Shown: one piece after another, positions 17,599 to 25,449 of the stretch
Numbering within the stretch: position 1 is the first letter of the stretch
Layout: the number at the start of each line of letters is the position of its first letter
DNA from: a bacterium
Lineage (GTDB): Bacteria > Bacillota_I > Bacilli_A > RF39 > UBA660
Assembly (NCBI GenBank): GCA_963645885.1
Contig: CAVIUL010000003.1
Span: 1 to 37,102 of the forward strand
Direction of reading: 5' to 3'
DNA length: 37,102 bases
Translations under genes and position numbers: made by a program
Notes under the pieces: generated by a model
Told to the model about the DNA's origin: nothing
Database searches by the model: none
Seen by the model: the letters and a program-made list of their open reading frames with translations, nothing else

Positions 17599-17600
17599 TA

Positions 17601-19352
17601 CTATTCCTCCTTTATCTTAATACCTAATTCTTCTAATTGCTTTGGCTCTAAAGTACTTGGACTTCCCATCATTAGGTCTTGACCACTTGTGCTTGCTGGG
17701 AATGCTTGTACTTCTCTTAGGTTAGTTTCATCTTTTATAATCATTAGTATTCTATCTATTCCAAGTGCCATTCCTCCGTGAGGTGGACAGCCATATTTAA
17801 ATGCAGTGAATAAACTACTAAAACGTTTTTCTACTTCTTCTTTAGTGTATCCTACTACTTCAAATCCTTTTACTAATGAATCTAAATTACTATTTCTAAT
17901 AGCTCCACTAGCCATTTCGTTACCATTACAAACGAAGTCATATTGATAAGCTAAAACTTTATCAACATTATCTTTATTATACTCTATATCTGTTTCATGA
18001 GGAAGACTAAATGGGTTATGACAGAACTCATATTTTCTAGTTTTATCATCATATTCAAACATTGGGAAGTCATTAATAATACATAATTCTATTCTATCTT
18101 TATCTATTAAATCTAATTTTCTTCCTAGTTCTATTCTTATAAGTCCTGCGAATTTTTGAGCTACTTTTAATACTTTGTTAGCTATAAAGAATACAACACT
18201 ATTTTCTTTCATATCTAAGTATTTTATTAAGTCTTCTCTTTCAGTATCTGTTAAGAATTTATCAATTGGCCCTTTGAATGTTCCTTCTTTTGTTAGTGTC
18301 AAGTAACCTATTCCTGGCATACCTATACTACTAGCATAATCAACTACTTCATTAAACCATGAGTTTGATTTGTCTCCAATACCATCTACTACTATTGCTT
18401 TTATTGTTGAATTTTTAAATGGACCAAATGTGGTATCTTTTAATATATCACTTATATCTTTAATAATAAGTGGGTTTCTTAAGTCTGGTTTATCTGTACC
18501 ATACATCTCCATTGAATCCATGTAACTGATTCTTCTAAATGGTTTTGGTGAAACTTTCTTGTTAGAGTACTTAGAGAATACATCATAAAATATATCACTA
18601 CCTAGCTCTAATATTTCTTCTTCCTCTACATAACTCATTTCTAAATCTAGTTGGTAGAATTCAAGTGTTCTATCGCTTCTTGCATCTTCATCTCTAAAGC
18701 ATGGAGCTACTTGAAAATATTTATCTAACCCACCAACCATTAATAGTTCTTTATATATTTGTGGAGCTTGAGGAAGAGCATAGAATTTACCTTTGAAGTT
18801 TCTACTTGGTACTACAAAGTCTCTTGCTCCCTCTGGACTAGATGCTGTTAAGATTGGTGTTTGTACTTCAGTAAAACTTAAATCATACATTTTATTTCTT
18901 AAATAATGAAGTATTTCACTTCTAAGTAAAATATTATCTTTTACTTTTTCATTTCTCATATCTAAGTATCTATATTTAAGTCTTATGTCTTCACTTACAC
19001 TTTTACTTTCTCTTATTTCAAATGGTAGTTCATGTAGTGACTCACCTAGCATATCTAGCTTACTTACTAATAGTTCTACTTCTCCACTTTTTAATTTTTC
19101 ATTTATTGTGTCTTCGCTTCTTTTTCTAAGTGTTCCTTCTAATCTTATAACTGATTCTTTAGCTAGTCCTTTAAACATTGAGTCATCGTTTGATACAGTT
19201 TGTAATACTCCACTTGTATCTCTTAGGTCTAAAAATAATACTCCTCCGTGATCTCTAATGTTTTGAACCCATCCACTAACTACTATAGTTTTGCCTACCA
19301 TATCGTTTGTTATGTCACTAATCATAATTGTGCGATATTTATTTACTTTCAT
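17601..19352 (-). CDS. aspS: Aspartate--tRNA ligase (bacterial type)
   Basis: 583 aa. OB-fold N-terminus, FRDEDARSDR (motif 2 region), bacterial insertion domain, and GGMALGIDRILM (motif 3 region). Confidence 0.92.
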   Translation of the reverse strand: MKVNKYRTIMISDITNDMVGKTIVVSGWVQNIRDHGGVLFLDLRDTSGVLQTVSNDDSMFKGLAKESVIRLEGTLRKRSEDTINEKLKSGEVELLVSKLDMLGESLHELPFEIRESKSVSEDIRLKYRYLDMRNEKVKDNILLRSEILHYLRNKMYDLSFTEVQTPILTASSPEGARDFVVPSRNFKGKFYALPQAPQIYKELLMVGGLDKYFQVAPCFRDEDARSDRTLEFYQLDLEMSYVEEEEILELGSDIFYDVFSKYSNKKVSPKPFRRISYMDSMEMYGTDKPDLRNPLIIKDISDILKDTTFGPFKNSTIKAIVVDGIGDKSNSWFNEVVDYASSIGMPGIGYLTLTKEGTFKGPIDKFLTDTEREDLIKYLDMKENSVVFFIANKVLKVAQKFAGLIRIELGRKLDLIDKDRIELCIINDFPMFEYDDKTRKYEFCHNPFSLPHETDIEYNKDNVDKVLAYQYDFVCNGNEMASGAIRNSNLDSLVKGFEVVGYTKEEVEKRFSSLFTAFKYGCPPHGGMALGIDRILMIIKDETNLREVQAFPASTSGQDLMMGSPSTLEPKQLEELGIKIKEE

Positions 19353-19364
19353 TTTTTCCTCCTT

Positions 19365-20744
19365 CTAGTAGTCGCAGTTATTAGGTGTTCTTGGATATGG
19401 AATTACATCTCTTATGTTTTCAATACCTGTTAGGTACATAATAAGTCTTTCAAATCCAAGACCAAATCCTGAGTGATAACAACCTCCAAATCTTCTTAAA
19501 TTTGTATACCATTCTAAGTTTTCTCTTGGTATATTCATTTCTTTCATTCTATTAATTAATTTATCGTAATCATCTTCTCTTTGACTTCCACCCATTAGTT
19601 CTCCAGAACCTGGTACTTCTAAGTCTACTGCTGCTACTGTTTCATTATCATCATTTAATTTCATATAGAATGCTTTAATGTCTTTTGGCCAATTAGTAAT
19701 AAATACTGGTCCATTAAAGTGTTCTGTAATATATTTTTCATGTTCTTTAGCGATATCTTCGCCATATTCTGGTTTAAATTCAAAGTCAACTTTAGCTTCT
19801 TTTAATAAAGTAATTGCTTCTTTATGAGTAATACGTACAAATTTACTACTTAATACTTTAGTTAATTTTTCTTTTAATCCTTTCTCTACGAATTTATCAA
19901 AGAAGTCTATTTCTAAAGGACATTTGTCCATAACATATTTAACTACAAATTTTAACATTTCTTCTTCAATATCCATTATTCCATTTAAGTCACAAAATGC
20001 TACTTCTGGTTCAATCATCCAGAATTCATTAGCATGTGTTTTAGTATTTGAGTTTTCTGTTCTCATAGTTGGACCAAATGTATATATCTTTTTGTACGCT
20101 AAAGCGAAAGTTTCTCCATGAAGTTGACCAGAGCCTGTTATATATGTTTGTTTACCAAACAAATCTTTTTTAAAATCAACTTTTTTATCTTCCCCTAAAG
20201 GAAGATTATTCATATCAAGAGTAGTTATTTTGAACATTTGTCCTGATCCTTCACAATCTGCTCCTGTTATGATTGGACTATGAAAATATACATAGTTATG
20301 ACTTTGGAAGTATTCATGTATTGCTTGAGCAGCTACACTTCTTACTCTAAATACTGCATTAAATAAATTAGTTCTTGGTCTTAAGTATGCTATTTCTCTT
20401 AAGAATTCTCTTGTATGTCTTTTTGGTTGAATTGGATAATCTTCAGGTGAGTCTCCAAGTACTTCTACACTCTTAACTTTCATTTCATGGCTTTGACCAC
20501 TACCTTCAGATTTAACAATAGTTCCATTTACTCTTATAGCACTACCTACTCTAATTTTACTAATACTATCAAAGTCTTTTAATTCTTTTTCATATACTAA
20601 TTGTAAATTTTGAAAATAAGTTCCATCATTAAAATCAATGAATCCAAAGTTTGATTGATTTCTATTATTACGAACCCATCCTTCTAAAGTAACGTCTTTA
20701 TTTTCGTACTTTAGAATGTCTTTAAATAAATCTTTTACGTCCAT
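19365..20744 (-). CDS. asnS: Asparagine--tRNA ligase
   Basis: 459 aa with GWVRNNRNQSNFGFIDFNDGT, MRTENSNTKTHANEFWMIEPE and GFGLGFERLIMY. There is only a 12-nt gap to aspS. Confidence 0.9.
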   Translation of the reverse strand: MDVKDLFKDILKYENKDVTLEGWVRNNRNQSNFGFIDFNDGTYFQNLQLVYEKELKDFDSISKIRVGSAIRVNGTIVKSEGSGQSHEMKVKSVEVLGDSPEDYPIQPKRHTREFLREIAYLRPRTNLFNAVFRVRSVAAQAIHEYFQSHNYVYFHSPIITGADCEGSGQMFKITTLDMNNLPLGEDKKVDFKKDLFGKQTYITGSGQLHGETFALAYKKIYTFGPTMRTENSNTKTHANEFWMIEPEVAFCDLNGIMDIEEEMLKFVVKYVMDKCPLEIDFFDKFVEKGLKEKLTKVLSSKFVRITHKEAITLLKEAKVDFEFKPEYGEDIAKEHEKYITEHFNGPVFITNWPKDIKAFYMKLNDDNETVAAVDLEVPGSGELMGGSQREDDYDKLINRMKEMNIPRENLEWYTNLRRFGGCYHSGFGLGFERLIMYLTGIENIRDVIPYPRTPNNCDY

Positions 20745-20762
20745 ATATTTTCACTTTCCTTT

Positions 20763-20977
20763 CTAAAAAAAGAGAGATGGTACAAGGAGTCTAAAAATTA
20801 GACGGTACCATCCCTCTTATTAACTTTATTTTTATAACGGATTAACCGAGAACACTTACTATTACTTCAATGTTCCACTCAGTGGTGTTATTCATATATA
20901 TAGTTTTATTAGTTCACACCCTCCACTAACTCTCTTTAAAAACATTTACATATTACTTCTCCACATCAAAGATTTAT
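20763..20977 (-). promoter_or_regulatory. T-box leader, asparagine specifier
   Basis: The minus strand contains AGAGAGTTAGTGGAGGGTG. The specifier context is TGAAT-AAC-A, with AAC at 20889..20887. The T-box core is AGAGGGATGGTACCGTC (20801-20814 region). A 13-bp terminator helix AGAGGGATGGTAC...GTACCATCTCTCT plus TTTTTTT follows, then the SD and the asnS ATG. Confidence 0.8.
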
Positions 20978-20983
20978 GGGTCA

Positions 20984-21012
20984 ATTATACTACTCATTCA
21001 TTTTTTTGTCAA
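20984..21012 (-). promoter_or_regulatory. Consensus sigma-70 promoter of the asnS T-box leader
   Basis: TTGACA (21012..21007), exactly 17 nt spacer, TATAAT (20989..20984). Confidence 0.7.
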
Positions 21013-21020
21013 ACATTTAA

Positions 21021-21045
21021 AAAGAAGTAACAAGTACTTCCTTAT
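21021..21045 (-). terminator. Weak hairpin after the 117-aa membrane protein gene
   Basis: Minus strand aaggaagta / cttgt / tacttcttt (one G-U pair), with a short T-rich tail. Confidence 0.35.
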
Positions 21046-21051
21046 TTTCTA

Positions 21052-21405
21052 TTATCCAAATAATAAACCTAAACCCATTGCTAATAATGCTGAACTCATT
21101 GCATTTACAAAAAATGAGAGAATAGCAAATGTTATTTTAAAGAATTTATCATTTTTTGTTTTTATCGCTGCAACTAGATAAACGATTGAAAATATATAAG
21201 TGATAATACTTAATGGCCAAAGCATAACATTAAAATATCCACATACGATGGTATTACTTAAAAATATTGTTTCGCTATCTAAATAAATTAAATGTGATAA
21301 TAAGCAAGTTATCATAACAATATTTAAAAACATTAGTATTAATAAAGTGTTTCTAACAATATTTTCAATATCATATGTTTTTAGTTTCTTCATTATTTTT
21401 TTCAT
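21052..21405 (-). CDS. Small integral membrane protein (about 4 TM)
   Basis: 117 aa, with AGGAGG 5 nt upstream. There are four hydrophobic segments and no motif I recognise. Confidence 0.55.
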   Translation of the reverse strand: MKKIMKKLKTYDIENIVRNTLLILMFLNIVMITCLLSHLIYLDSETIFLSNTIVCGYFNVMLWPLSIITYIFSIVYLVAAIKTKNDKFFKITFAILSFFVNAMSSALLAMGLGLLFG

Positions 21406-21445
21406 AGCCTACCTCCTAGCAAAATAATATCATATATATTACTTT

Positions 21446-22348
21446 TTAATCAAGCATTTGACATCTAAGTATAAAGTTTTCTCTACTTTTATAACTATAG
21501 ATAAAATATATAAAAGTTATGGTGAATAAAATTATATTTATGATTAGAAGTATGTTACCATCTTGTATTATTTGCCATGTATATATATCTTGCATAGTAC
21601 AGTTTTCAAATACAACATTAAATTGTTTTAAAAGTGTCATACCCACAAATATAGTAATAAAATAATTAAGTAGATAATTTATGATACAACTTATTAATAT
21701 ACATTTTTTATAGCTTTTTATATTTTTTAGTAAAACTAAGCCTATGTTTATTATTGCTGCAGTGTTAAAAATAATAATTAAGAAATAATAAATATACATT
21801 TTATAATTAGTATAAAAAGATAACATATTACTTCCTAGCTGGCTCAATCCTATATCCATTAGTGGATTATAATTAAAGTTAGACATCTTAACTGAAATTA
21901 AACCATATATTACTAGAATAAATATTACTAGAAATATATATTTATATGACTTTAATAATATTCTTTTAACATAACTTTTATACTTATGATTTTCTAAATA
22001 CTTTTTGATGTATTCATCGTTATATTCTAAGTTGAGCGAATACAATATTGGATATAAAATTACTAGTGGTAACAGATAAAATATTATTATTTTGTTTATA
22101 CCTGTTCCTAGTAAATATCTATAATAATAAAAGAAACTTCCTTGTTTTATATTTTTATCTAATGCTTCGCAGTAATATTTATCTTCTTCTGTTAGATCAT
22201 CTATATTATTATTTTTACATATTTCACTATTAGATTCTATATCTTTATTCATATAGTCTTTTATTATCCTATTGCTTTTAATGCTTCCTATACTTAGTAG
22301 AAGTATCAAAAATAGTATTACAAAATAAACAATTATATTTTTCTTCAT
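21446..22348 (-). CDS. Polytopic membrane protein (about 6 TM, large first external loop)
   Basis: I prefer the start at ATG 22348 (MKKNIIVYFVILFLILLLS), with GAGGT upstream, 9 nt after the GT2 stop. The ORF-track start at 22411 would overlap the GT2 gene by 55 nt. Confidence 0.6.
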   Translation of the reverse strand: MKKNIIVYFVILFLILLLSIGSIKSNRIIKDYMNKDIESNSEICKNNNIDDLTEEDKYYCEALDKNIKQGSFFYYYRYLLGTGINKIIIFYLLPLVILYPILYSLNLEYNDEYIKKYLENHKYKSYVKRILLKSYKYIFLVIFILVIYGLISVKMSNFNYNPLMDIGLSQLGSNMLSFYTNYKMYIYYFLIIIFNTAAIINIGLVLLKNIKSYKKCILISCIINYLLNYFITIFVGMTLLKQFNVVFENCTMQDIYTWQIIQDGNILLIINIILFTITFIYFIYSYKSRENFILRCQMLD

Positions 22349-22356
22349 AGTATACC

Positions 22357-23046
22357 TCATATAATTATTATAATTAACACTACTAATAGGATTAATAAAG
22401 GTATAATCCATTTATGAATTAGTATTGAATCTCTTACAGCATGAAAGTGTGAACCAGAATTATTATCTTCATATATAGTAGCTATATCTATACATTTAAA
22501 ATTTATTTTATTTTTTGCTAAGTTATAAAGAAAGTTCATTTCATACTCATATCTACTTCCGCTTGTATTTAAGCAAAGGTCTTTATATTTAATATTTATT
22601 CCTCTTAAACCTGTTTGTGTATCTTTTAGAGTGATACCAGTTTTAATTTTAAAAACAAGTGATGAAAATTTATTTCCAAACTTACTAGTAAATGGTACAT
22701 TCTTTTTATTAAAGTTTCTTGTACCTAATACAATATCACTATTTAATAATTCTTCTTTAACTCTTAAAACATCTTTTGGACTATGTTGAAGATCTGCATC
22801 TACTGTTATGAATGCATCAGTATCTTTTAAATTTTTTATTGCTGTTTTTAAGGCTTCGCCTTTTCCTTTGTTAACATCATGATAAATGATTTTTACATTA
22901 GAAAGTTCTTCATATATCTTTTTTGTTTCATTTGTACTTCCATCATCAACTATTAAAATATCATTAAAATCTTTTTGAAGAGCACTTACGAGTTTTATTA
23001 ACTTTTTAGTTGGATTATATGATGGAATAATAATAGTTACTTTCAT
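22357..23046 (-). CDS. Family 2 glycosyltransferase with C-terminal TM helix (polyprenyl-phosphate glycosyltransferase-like)
   Basis: 229 aa with IIIPSYN, VDDGSTNET, VDADLQH (DxD) and a C-terminal WIIPLLILLVVLIIIII. Its ATG is 1 nt after the kinase stop, and its SD (AGGAG) lies inside the end of the kinase gene. Confidence 0.8.
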   Translation of the reverse strand: MKVTIIIPSYNPTKKLIKLVSALQKDFNDILIVDDGSTNETKKIYEELSNVKIIYHDVNKGKGEALKTAIKNLKDTDAFITVDADLQHSPKDVLRVKEELLNSDIVLGTRNFNKKNVPFTSKFGNKFSSLVFKIKTGITLKDTQTGLRGINIKYKDLCLNTSGSRYEYEMNFLYNLAKNKINFKCIDIATIYEDNNSGSHFHAVRDSILIHKWIIPLLILLVVLIIIII

Positions 23047-23047
23047 A

Positions 23048-24826
23048 TTATTCTCCTAGTAAATTCTTTAATTTTTCCTCTAATTCTTCTTTCTTAAATG
23101 GTTTTGCTAAATAGTCTGTAAATCCGGCTTTTAAATATTTGTTTCTTGAAGTTGATAAAGCATCTGCGGTAAGAGCTATTACTTTAGTATTAAAATTCTT
23201 ATTAGATTTTAATTTCTTTAATGTATCTACTCCATTTATATCTGGCATCATTATATCCATAAGTATTAGATCATATTGTTCACCATTATTAATTTTATCA
23301 ATACATTCTATTCCTCTTTCACAAGTATCTAATTCTATATTATAAATCTTTAATAATCTTTTTAAAATTCTATTATTTAATCTATCATCATCTACTAGTA
23401 ATACTTTTTTATTATTAAATTTAGTTGTATTTGTTTGTTCTACTATTTCAAGTTCATTCTTTATTTTTTGAGGTATATTTATAGTAAATACACTTCCACT
23501 TCCATAATAACTATTTACAGTTATTGTTCCATTTAATAAATTAACCAAGTCTTTGGAAACTAATAAACCAAGTCCATCTCTATTAACATCACTATTGATA
23601 TCATTATCTATATCATTACCATTAAATATCTTATTTAGATCTTCTGATTTTATACCGATACCTGTATCCTTTATTTCGATGATTAAATTACAAATATCAT
23701 TATTTAAAGTACTATTTATAGTTAAAGAAATACTACCTTTATTAGTATATTTAAATGAATTATCTAAAATATTATTTATTATTTCTTTTATTTTAGTTTT
23801 ATCACCAAATAAATTAGATGGTGTGTTATCAGAAACTGAATACTTAAATACTACATTTTCTTTGTTATATTTTTTAGTATTCATTTTTATTAATTTTTCA
23901 ACTACATCTCTAATATCATAATTCTTTTCTTTTAAGTCATATATTTTATTTTCAATTTTATTTATATCAATAACATTACCTACGATATCAAGTAATGAAT
24001 TTGATGAATCTATAATATCATTCAAATTATCTTTTAATTCTTGTGGTAAATCATATGATTTAATTTCATCTATTGAAGATATAATTGAAGTAAGTGGTGT
24101 TCTTAATTCATGACTTATATTGCTTAAAAAATCTGTTTTATTTGTATTTGCTTTTAATGCTCTTAATCTTAAATTATTAATTATTTCATATTCTTTTAAG
24201 GCTGGATTTTCTATTGTTAAGAAAATTAGATAAGTTACAAATAATAATATTGTTGTTACTATATTTAATTGATATTTAATTTCTAAAAATGATACTATTG
24301 TTAAAATGATAAGTGCTACATAAATATAATTTGCTTTTATTGTATTAATTATTTTATTGCTTAATACTGTTCTTATATATAAAACAGAAAGCATACATGT
24401 AATTAAAACTTTTAAAAAGTTAATAGCATTCCCACTTAAAATTATTCTATTTGTGTATGTGATATTTAGTGGTAGCATTATTATTGCTACTGAAGATGTT
24501 ACTGTTAAAAGTGCATACAACATCATTATTTTTTTATTATATTCATCATCTTTTTTACTTAATAAAAATGTATAAACACTAAAGATTGATGACCAACATA
24601 TAATGAATATTAAATATAATTTTGTATATATTTCTAATATTATATTATTTACCGCTGTTGTGCTTAAAAAGTACATTACAAGTTCTAGTATATAACCTAC
24701 TAATAAACTTAATGTCAATATAAAATATGTACTATTGGATAGTAAGTTATTTTGTTTTTTTATTTTAAAAACTAATATTAAAAGTAATGTAAACATTATA
24801 CCTGTTATTATATATATTGTATTCAT
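23048..24826 (-). CDS. Hybrid sensor histidine kinase / response-regulator receiver fusion
   Basis: 592 aa. About 6 N-terminal TM helices with no large external domain. H-box SHELRTPL, N-box NNILDNSFKYT, G1 DTGIGI, G2 GLGLLV. The receiver has VLLVDDD, LILMDIMMP, ALTADA and AKP. Confidence 0.85.
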   Translation of the reverse strand: MNTIYIITGIMFTLLLILVFKIKKQNNLLSNSTYFILTLSLLVGYILELVMYFLSTTAVNNIILEIYTKLYLIFIICWSSIFSVYTFLLSKKDDEYNKKIMMLYALLTVTSSVAIIMLPLNITYTNRIILSGNAINFLKVLITCMLSVLYIRTVLSNKIINTIKANYIYVALIILTIVSFLEIKYQLNIVTTILLFVTYLIFLTIENPALKEYEIINNLRLRALKANTNKTDFLSNISHELRTPLTSIISSIDEIKSYDLPQELKDNLNDIIDSSNSLLDIVGNVIDINKIENKIYDLKEKNYDIRDVVEKLIKMNTKKYNKENVVFKYSVSDNTPSNLFGDKTKIKEIINNILDNSFKYTNKGSISLTINSTLNNDICNLIIEIKDTGIGIKSEDLNKIFNGNDIDNDINSDVNRDGLGLLVSKDLVNLLNGTITVNSYYGSGSVFTINIPQKIKNELEIVEQTNTTKFNNKKVLLVDDDRLNNRILKRLLKIYNIELDTCERGIECIDKINNGEQYDLILMDIMMPDINGVDTLKKLKSNKNFNTKVIALTADALSTSRNKYLKAGFTDYLAKPFKKEELEEKLKNLLGE

Positions 24827-24847
24827 ATTTAACCTCTATTCTAGTTA

Positions 24848-24856
24848 ATTATATCA
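24848..24856 (-). promoter_or_regulatory. Extended -10 (TGaTATAAT) upstream of the kinase operon
   Basis: Minus strand TGATATAAT about 20 nt upstream of the AGAGGT SD and ATG 24826. The -35 is weak. Confidence 0.45.
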
Positions 24857-24859
24857 TAA

Positions 24860-24897
24860 TAAATAAAAAAGATATAGAAGTATATCTATATCTTTTT
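24860..24897 (-). terminator. Terminator after the Asn-rich lipoprotein gene
   Basis: Hairpin aaaagatatag / 8 nt loop / ctatatctttt overlapping the TAA stop, then TTATTTATT. Confidence 0.55.
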
Positions 24898-25399
24898 ATG
24901 GCATTGGTGCAACTTCAGGAGTTTCCGCTCTGTTTTCTCTTTCCTCTCTATTGTTAGATTCATCACACTTAATATCTTTGTAATAACCAACATCATTTGC
25001 TGTAGTTTTATCAACTATACTATAAGTTTCACTATTTAGTTTTAAAGTATTATTTTCAACTATATAATTATTTGTTGTTTTAGTTGAATCTTTTTTACAC
25101 ATATTTTCATCATAAGATTTATCAATAATAACTTCTATTGAATTATCATTTACTGAGTATGTACCACTAGAAACTTCACATGAATAATCACATTTAGCAA
25201 AATATAAAGTTCCATCTTTTCTTAATAATAATTCTTTCTTTATATTTCCATTTTGATACATATAATATGTATCTTCTTTTAGATAAGTTTTGTTTTTATC
25301 ATTGTTACTGTTATTACTATTATTGTTATTTGTATTTTTGTTATTACATCCTGATAAAAGTAAAATCATTATTAATAAAATACCTATATTTCTTTTCAT
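24896..25399 (-). CDS. Lipoprotein with poly-Asn linker, unknown function
   Basis: 167 aa. Signal plus lipobox MKRNIGILLIMILLLSGCNN, then NTNNNNSNNSNNDKNK. AGGTGA SD. Confidence 0.7.
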   Translation of the reverse strand: MKRNIGILLIMILLLSGCNNKNTNNNNSNNSNNDKNKTYLKEDTYYMYQNGNIKKELLLRKDGTLYFAKCDYSCEVSSGTYSVNDNSIEVIIDKSYDENMCKKDSTKTTNNYIVENNTLKLNSETYSIVDKTTANDVGYYKDIKCDESNNREERENRAETPEVAPMP

Positions 25400-25421
25400 A
25401 TCATCACCTATTATAAATTAT

Positions 25422-25449
25422 AACAAAAAGAATTCCAAAAAGGAATTCT
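25422..25449 (-). terminator. Terminator of parE-parC
   Basis: Hairpin agaattcc / 5 nt loop / ggaattct overlapping the parC TAG stop, then TTTTGTT on the minus strand. Confidence 0.65.

Noticed and set aside
19353-19364. Checked for separate T-box leaders in front of aspS and hisS (the latter at 32434..32900)
   Set aside because: The aspS gap is only 12 nt. hisS overlaps the upstream ORF. There is no room for a leader, so both genes are read as internal operon members.
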